Shown here: one piece after another, positions 61,064 through 64,000 of the stretch
Layout: every line of letters begins with the position of its first letter
Numbering within the stretch: position 1 is the first letter of the stretch
Assembly: GCA_947503135.1 (NCBI GenBank)
Contig: CANNCQ010000002.1
Location: 8,643-72,642 of the forward strand
Length of the DNA: 64,000 nt
Origin: an uncultured Aquimarina sp.
GTDB lineage: Bacteria; Bacteroidota; Bacteroidia; Flavobacteriales; Flavobacteriaceae
Reading direction: 5' to 3'
Notes under the pieces: generated by a model
What the model saw: the letters and a program-made list of their open reading frames with translations, nothing else
What the model was told of the DNA's origin: nothing
The model's database searches: none
Made by a program: the position numbers and the translations under genes

Positions 61064-61612
61064 TTATAATTTTATCCAGTCATCTTTGGTAATACTGTAG
61101 TAAACATCATTTTGAACGTTACCTTCACTATCTATATAATGATTACGACGAATACCTTCGGCTGTTGCACCTAATTTTTCAATGGCTTTTTGAGATTTTA
61201 TATTTCTTACGTCTGCTCCAAATTGTATGCGGTTAAGCTTTAATTCATTAAAACCGTATTCGATCATTAATTTTTTTGCAGCACCATTTAACCCTGTACC
61301 CTGAAATTTAATTCCGTACCAAGTCCAACCAATTTCAGCGCGTTTATTATTTAAATCTATTTTACCAAACCTTGAGCAACCAGCTAAACTTCCTGAATTT
61401 TTATCAAAAATAAGATATGCAATTTGAGTTTGTTGTTGTTGAGCAATCATTGTTTGCTCAATATAATCGGTTAAGTTTTGTTCTGTACGAATGTAATGGC
61501 CCATATATTTCCATATACAATCCTCAAAAATTATTTCTTTTAAAGATTGAGCATCTCTGGTGTTGAAAGGAATTAATCTAGCTCTCTCGTTTTCTAAAAT
61601 CATTTTATTCAC
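61064..61612 (-). CDS. RimJ/RimL-type GNAT N-acetyltransferase
   Basis: AEIGWTWYG, FQGTGLN and RNIKSQKAIEKLGATAEGIRR; start is GTG 61612 or ATG 61603. Confidence 0.88.
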   Translation of the reverse strand: MNKMILENERARLIPFNTRDAQSLKEIIFEDCIWKYMGHYIRTEQNLTDYIEQTMIAQQQQTQIAYLIFDKNSGSLAGCSRFGKIDLNNKRAEIGWTWYGIKFQGTGLNGAAKKLMIEYGFNELKLNRIQFGADVRNIKSQKAIEKLGATAEGIRRNHYIDSEGNVQNDVYYSITKDDWIKL

Positions 61613-61627
61613 GTTTAAGTTTTTAAC

Positions 61628-61658
61628 AAAAAAACCTCGTAGTTCAGCTACGAGGTTT
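61628..61658 (-). terminator. Attenuator terminator (3:4 hairpin) in the 5' leader of the GNAT gene
   Basis: Minus strand aaacctcgtag-ctgaa-ctacgaggttt with a U7 run, ending 15 nt before the GNAT GTG. Confidence 0.85.
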
Positions 61659-61692
61659 ATATTATTTTATAACAATACTAAACTAGCGTAAC

Positions 61693-61743
61693 TCACCTAA
61701 ATGGTTTACGTTTTTTAGTTTGTTTAGTTTTTGTGGTTTTCAT
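61693..61743 (-). CDS. Putative attenuator leader peptide MKTTKTKQTKKRKPFR
   Basis: ATG AAA ACC ACA AAA ACT AAA CAA ACT AAA AAA CGT AAA CCA TTT AGG TGA; 6 Lys and 4 Thr in 16 aa; stop codon overlaps the antiterminator 5' arm. Confidence 0.7.
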   Translation of the reverse strand: MKTTKTKQTKKRKPFR

Positions 61744-62265
61744 TGAAATCTAATTTAAAAAAAAATTCTATATGACAGATGGATAAATTATATTTTTGTG
61801 AGTCTAACCCGTAATGCATTATTAAACTTTAGAAGCTTTAATACTATTGAGCTTTCTATCTACGATATATTTAGTTGTTGTAAAAAAAGTTAGTGTTGTA
61901 TTTTTAGAGTCTCTAAAAGATTTAGTTTAGTGTATTTTATGCTAATTATTAATTAATCAGATAGTTAATAAAATATTGTTTTTATTCTTTTTCATGATTC
62001 CCTATATGCATAAGGCTGTTTTGTTACTTTTTTTGATTTTCCTTTTCTGAGTACTGAGTTTTATATTATAGGCGTTAGATAAATTGTATTTACTATTAAT
62101 ACTTAAGTATTCTTAAGGAGTTTATAAAGTTAATGGTCTTTTGTTCAAGAGTTTAGGTTTACGTATTAAAAAATTCACAATAAAACATATTTATTAACCT
62201 TAAAGATATGTATTTAAACATCTACCTCTAAAATTTGATATTTAAATTCAGTAACTAAAAAGCTA

Positions 62266-63603
62266 CTATTTACTTTTCTTCCACACTAAATAACGATACC
62301 TAGCAAAAAGCATAGCACTCGAAGCAAATAAACCAACCAATAAGCCAATCCATATACCGTAAGCTCCTAATAGGTCTGCTTTACCCAATGTATAACATAT
62401 AGGGAAGCCTATACACCAGTACGATATAAAAATAATTACAGTAGGTATATTAACATCTTGTAAGCCTCGAAGTACTCCTAAAAGAGTCACTTGGAAACCG
62501 TCGCTTAATTGAAACCATGAAACAATTATTAGCAATTGTGAAGCAATAGTGATTACGGTTTCATTGTTAATGTAAACTTTAGGTAAGAAGGTGTTGGTTG
62601 TCATAAAGAAAACAGCCAAAACAAGCTCTAATATAAACACTAGCAATAAAATGGATCTTACAATTCGAATCAGTTCTTTGAAATTTCCCTTGCCTACCTG
62701 ATTTCCAACTCTAATGGTTGCGGTTACACCAAGTCCTATGGCAATCATAAAAGCCATAGAGGCTAAGTTCAAGGCAATTTGATTTGCAGCTTGATCTTCG
62801 GTACTTAGACTTCCTGATAAAATAATAGAAGAGGAAAAAAAACCAAACTCAAATAGCATTTGTAAAGCTACGGGAAACCCTAAAGTTAAAATATTAGAAA
62901 TGGCATTGGTACTAAAAATTTGCTGGAAGAAATTTTTAAAATAGGGAAGGTATTTTTGTTTTGTTTTTAAAATAAAAATCAATAAAACAAGCATTAGTAT
63001 TCTTGAAATCAACGAGGATAACGCAGCTCCTTCTAGTTCTAGCCTTGGGAAACCAAACTTACCGTAAATTAAAAGATAGTTTAAAACAATATTTACAGCG
63101 TTACCTGTAACGGTAGCTGTCATGGCATACTTGGTTGCAGACATCCCATCGGAAAACTGCTTAAAAGCCATGAAAATAGTAAAAGGAATTATGGAAATAG
63201 CTGTTAAATTTAAATAGGGTGTAGCAAGAGTCACCACTTCTTCGGGCTGATTAAAATGGTGTAAAAAGGGCTGTATTACTTTAATAAGTCCGTAGAGTAA
63301 AAAACCTATAATTGCACAAAACCAAACACCATCTTTAAATATTCTAGTCCCTGTATTTGTGTCGTTTTTACCATCACTTTCCGCAATAAGCGGCGTAATG
63401 CTTAACGAAAATCCAATAGCTAAAGATATCGCTATTGCAAACACAGCATTACCTAACGATACTGCAGCTAAAGAAGCAGCGCCTAATTCGCCAACCATTA
63501 TATTATCTACTAGTCCAACTAATATTTGACCCACTTGCCCAATCATTACAGGAACTGCAATTTTCAGGTTTTCAGGAAATTCTCTAGTATATTTTTTAAG
63601 CAA
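62266..63603 (-). CDS. MATE family efflux transporter (NorM-like)
   Basis: DNIMVG, LAAVSLG, TIRVGN and QLSDGFQ; about 12 TM helices; TTG start; TACTTTTG at 63624-63617. Confidence 0.9.
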   Translation of the reverse strand: MLKKYTREFPENLKIAVPVMIGQVGQILVGLVDNIMVGELGAASLAAVSLGNAVFAIAISLAIGFSLSITPLIAESDGKNDTNTGTRIFKDGVWFCAIIGFLLYGLIKVIQPFLHHFNQPEEVVTLATPYLNLTAISIIPFTIFMAFKQFSDGMSATKYAMTATVTGNAVNIVLNYLLIYGKFGFPRLELEGAALSSLISRILMLVLLIFILKTKQKYLPYFKNFFQQIFSTNAISNILTLGFPVALQMLFEFGFFSSSIILSGSLSTEDQAANQIALNLASMAFMIAIGLGVTATIRVGNQVGKGNFKELIRIVRSILLLVFILELVLAVFFMTTNTFLPKVYINNETVITIASQLLIIVSWFQLSDGFQVTLLGVLRGLQDVNIPTVIIFISYWCIGFPICYTLGKADLLGAYGIWIGLLVGLFASSAMLFARYRYLVWKKSK

Positions 63604-63640
63604 GCCTTTTTTGTTTCAAAAGTAGTATTCTTTAAACTAT

Positions 63641-63670
63641 AAACCTCATACAACTTAAATTGTATGAGGC
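63641..63670 (-). terminator. Probable terminator after the RND gene
   Basis: cctcatacaa...ttgtatgagg stem with a short U tract on the minus strand. Confidence 0.55.
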
Positions 63671-63709
63671 TTTACTAATAGATAACAGGATTAAAATAAT
63701 CAACCAATT

Positions 63710-64000
63710 TTAAAATAGTTTTTTGAGAGATAATTTCAACCTGTGTATAAGGTAAAATAGCACCGGTACAATAACTAATGTTAAAAATGTAGCTACTATT
63801 AATCCATAAATTACTGTTTTGGCCAAAGGCCCCCAAAATATTACGTTATCTCCACCAAAGTAAATTTTAGGGTCACCAGTTGCAAATAAAGAAAAGAAAT
63901 CAATATTAAAACCTATGGCTAGGGGTATTAAGCCTAATACAGTGGTTATGGCCGTAAGTAACACCGGTCTTAAACGTGCTCTTCCTCCCTCTATAATAGC
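63710..64000 (-). CDS. RND efflux permease (AcrB family), C-terminal fragment cut by window edge
   Basis: Frame open to the window end, reading AIIEGGRARLRPVLLTAITTVLGLIPLA...FLTLVIVPVLFY. Confidence 0.9.
   Translation of the reverse strand, partial: AIIEGGRARLRPVLLTAITTVLGLIPLAIGFNIDFFSLFATGDPKIYFGGDNVIFWGPLAKTVIYGLIVATFLTLVIVPVLFYLIHRLKLSLKKLF

Noticed and set aside
62050..62075. ttatattataggcg resembling a XerC half of dif
   Set aside because: No XerD arm (TTATGTTAAAT-like) on the other side of the spacer.
1..64000. CRISPR arrays, tRNA/rRNA genes, IS elements, prophage
   Set aside because: No spaced direct repeats, structural RNA signatures, transposase, integrase or phage genes were seen.

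Overview
AT-rich core-chromosome segment of a Bacteroidota bacterium, most likely Flavobacteriaceae. This is inferred from TAnnTTTG promoter elements, a T9SS type-B C-terminal domain, split MetH and Bacteroidota-type ParE/ParC. It holds about 51 CDS, mostly housekeeping: parE-parC, an orphan PAS histidine kinase, LPS genes, split metH, kmo, pyrE, pepD, glgA-glgC-glgB-GH31, holA, hisH-hisA-hisF, msrA, a nucleoid-associated protein, a DEAD-box helicase, a 2505-aa T9SS-secreted repeat protein, valS, and MATE and RND efflux genes. I found no tRNA, rRNA, CRISPR array, integrase or transposase. The most striking unannotated element lies at 61628-61743 (minus strand). It is a 16-codon Lys/Thr-rich leader peptide (MKTTKTKQTKKRKPFR) coupled to mutually exclusive 1:2, 2:3 and 3:4 hairpins, i.e. 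a complete ribosome-mediated transcription attenuator. It sits in front of a lone RimJ/RimL-type acetyltransferase rather than an amino-acid biosynthetic operon. Other leads are a secreted mini-protein made only of the modules that normally precede a T9SS type-B CTD, and a probably leaderless pyrE whose promoter overlaps the start codon of the divergent gene. All product calls come from motif recognition by eye; no database search or folding program was run.
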